Below are positions 63,426 through 64,000 of a DNA stretch of 64,000 nucleotides, one piece after another (the stretch's first letter is position 1; every line of letters starts with the position of its first letter). The position numbers were made by a program, and so were the translations under genes. The DNA is from Gammaproteobacteria bacterium (GTDB taxonomy: Bacteria > Pseudomonadota > Gammaproteobacteria > Steroidobacterales > GCA-2729495), in assembly GCA_021462865.1 (NCBI GenBank), contig JAJTYX010000059.1:552-64551 (forward strand), given 5' to 3'. The notes below the pieces were generated by a model. That model saw only the letters and a program-made list of their open reading frames with translations. It did not search any database and was not told the origin of the DNA.

Positions 63426-64000
63426 ATGAATGTCCAGCCGCTTTTCAACCTGATGGTCGAAAAGCGCGCCTCGGACCTCTTCCTGAGCCCGCACGCCCCG
63501 GTCAAGATCAAGATCGACGGCAAGATCATGCCCGTGAACAAGCTCGAGCTCACGCCGAAGATGATCCGGCAGGCGGCCATCGAGCTCATGAGCGAGCAGC
63601 AGCTCGAGGAGTTCACGCGGGAGCTCGAGATCGATTTCGCGGTGTCGAAGTCCGGGCTGGGGCGATTCCGGGTCAACGTCTTTCACCAGCGCGGCAACGT
63701 CGCGATGGTGATGCGCTACATCACCTCGGACATTCCCAACCTCGACAAGCTGCAGATGCCACCGATCCTCAAGGACCTGGTGATGTTCCGCCGCGGGCTC
63801 CTGCTCATGGTTGGCGCGAGCGGTAATGGCAAGTCCACGACGCTGGCTGCCATGATCGATCACCGTAACGAGAGAACCTCGTCCCACATCCTCACGATCG
63901 AGGACCCGATCGAGTTCCTGCACACCAACAAGAAATCGATCGTCAACCAGCGCGAGATCGGCTCGGACACGAAGTCCTACGCCAAGGCGCTGAGAAGCGC
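63426..64000 (+). CDS. Third PilT/PilU-family ATPase paralog (partial, truncated by the window end)
   Basis: Absent from the ORF track because it has no stop. ATG at 63426, or in-frame TTG at 63396 after GGGGAGAG. Translation reads MNVQPLFNLMVEKRASDLFLSPHAPVKIKIDGKI...GASGNGKSTTLAAMIDHRNE...ILTIEDPIEF. Confidence 0.8.
   Translation, partial: MNVQPLFNLMVEKRASDLFLSPHAPVKIKIDGKIMPVNKLELTPKMIRQAAIELMSEQQLEEFTRELEIDFAVSKSGLGRFRVNVFHQRGNVAMVMRYITSDIPNLDKLQMPPILKDLVMFRRGLLLMVGASGNGKSTTLAAMIDHRNERTSSHILTIEDPIEFLHTNKKSIVNQREIGSDTKSYAKALRS

Overview
High-GC (roughly 65-70% by eye) proteobacterial chromosome segment. The pilT/pilU - yggS - proC - yggT - yggU synteny suggests a gammaproteobacterium (inference). 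It is gene dense: about 60 supportable CDS, with no rRNA, tRNA, CRISPR array, integrase or transposase seen.

Contents in order:
- Envelope lipoproteins and a NodT-type outer membrane factor (0.1-4 kb), then a GPH/MFS transporter.
- A DUF2156 / 2OG-oxygenase-like / aldo-keto reductase trio, then a VOC protein.
- An MFP-RND efflux pair that runs almost without gaps into a small membrane protein and a six-gene Mrp/Mbh-type cation:proton module in the order E-F-G-B-C-D (10.1-18.9 kb).
- A DUF1971 gene.
- A 5.4 kb module holding a cytoplasmic pyrogallol-hydroxytransferase-like molybdoenzyme (alpha and beta subunits) and a secreted alpha/beta hydrolase. It sits between two gene-free regions carrying inverted REPIN-like repeat blocks (19.75-19.95 kb and 25.36-25.81 kb).
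- An O-methyltransferase, an NmrA-like protein and glnE.
- An LPS core/lipid A cluster (GT4, hldD, waaF, GT9, kdkA, lpxL) that contains a cytochrome b561 - DUF59 - membrane protein - TPR-sulfotransferase string.
- htpX, an AstE-like lipoprotein, an MltD-like lytic transglycosylase, a YkuD L,D-transpeptidase and ppnN.
- Two small orphan ORFs, yeiH, and htpG with a sigma32-type promoter.
- A His-rich CDF transporter, a cysteine synthase-like protein, HAD, PEBP, an alpha/beta hydrolase with TerB, DUF4426, yggU-yggT-proC-yggS, and three tandem PilT-family ATPases (the last cut by the window end).

Most of the window is core housekeeping and envelope content. I found no clear-cut new system such as a defence island. 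The best candidates for follow-up are:
1. The molybdoenzyme, which has an N-terminal SCP2-like extension and a ferredoxin subunit reduced to two clusters, inside a repeat-bracketed module.
2. The Mbh-type Mrp module, which lacks a MrpA/NuoL-like subunit and appears co-transcribed with an RND pump.
3. The standalone DUF2156 / oxygenase-like / reductase operon.

All family assignments come from motif recognition by eye, not database searches.
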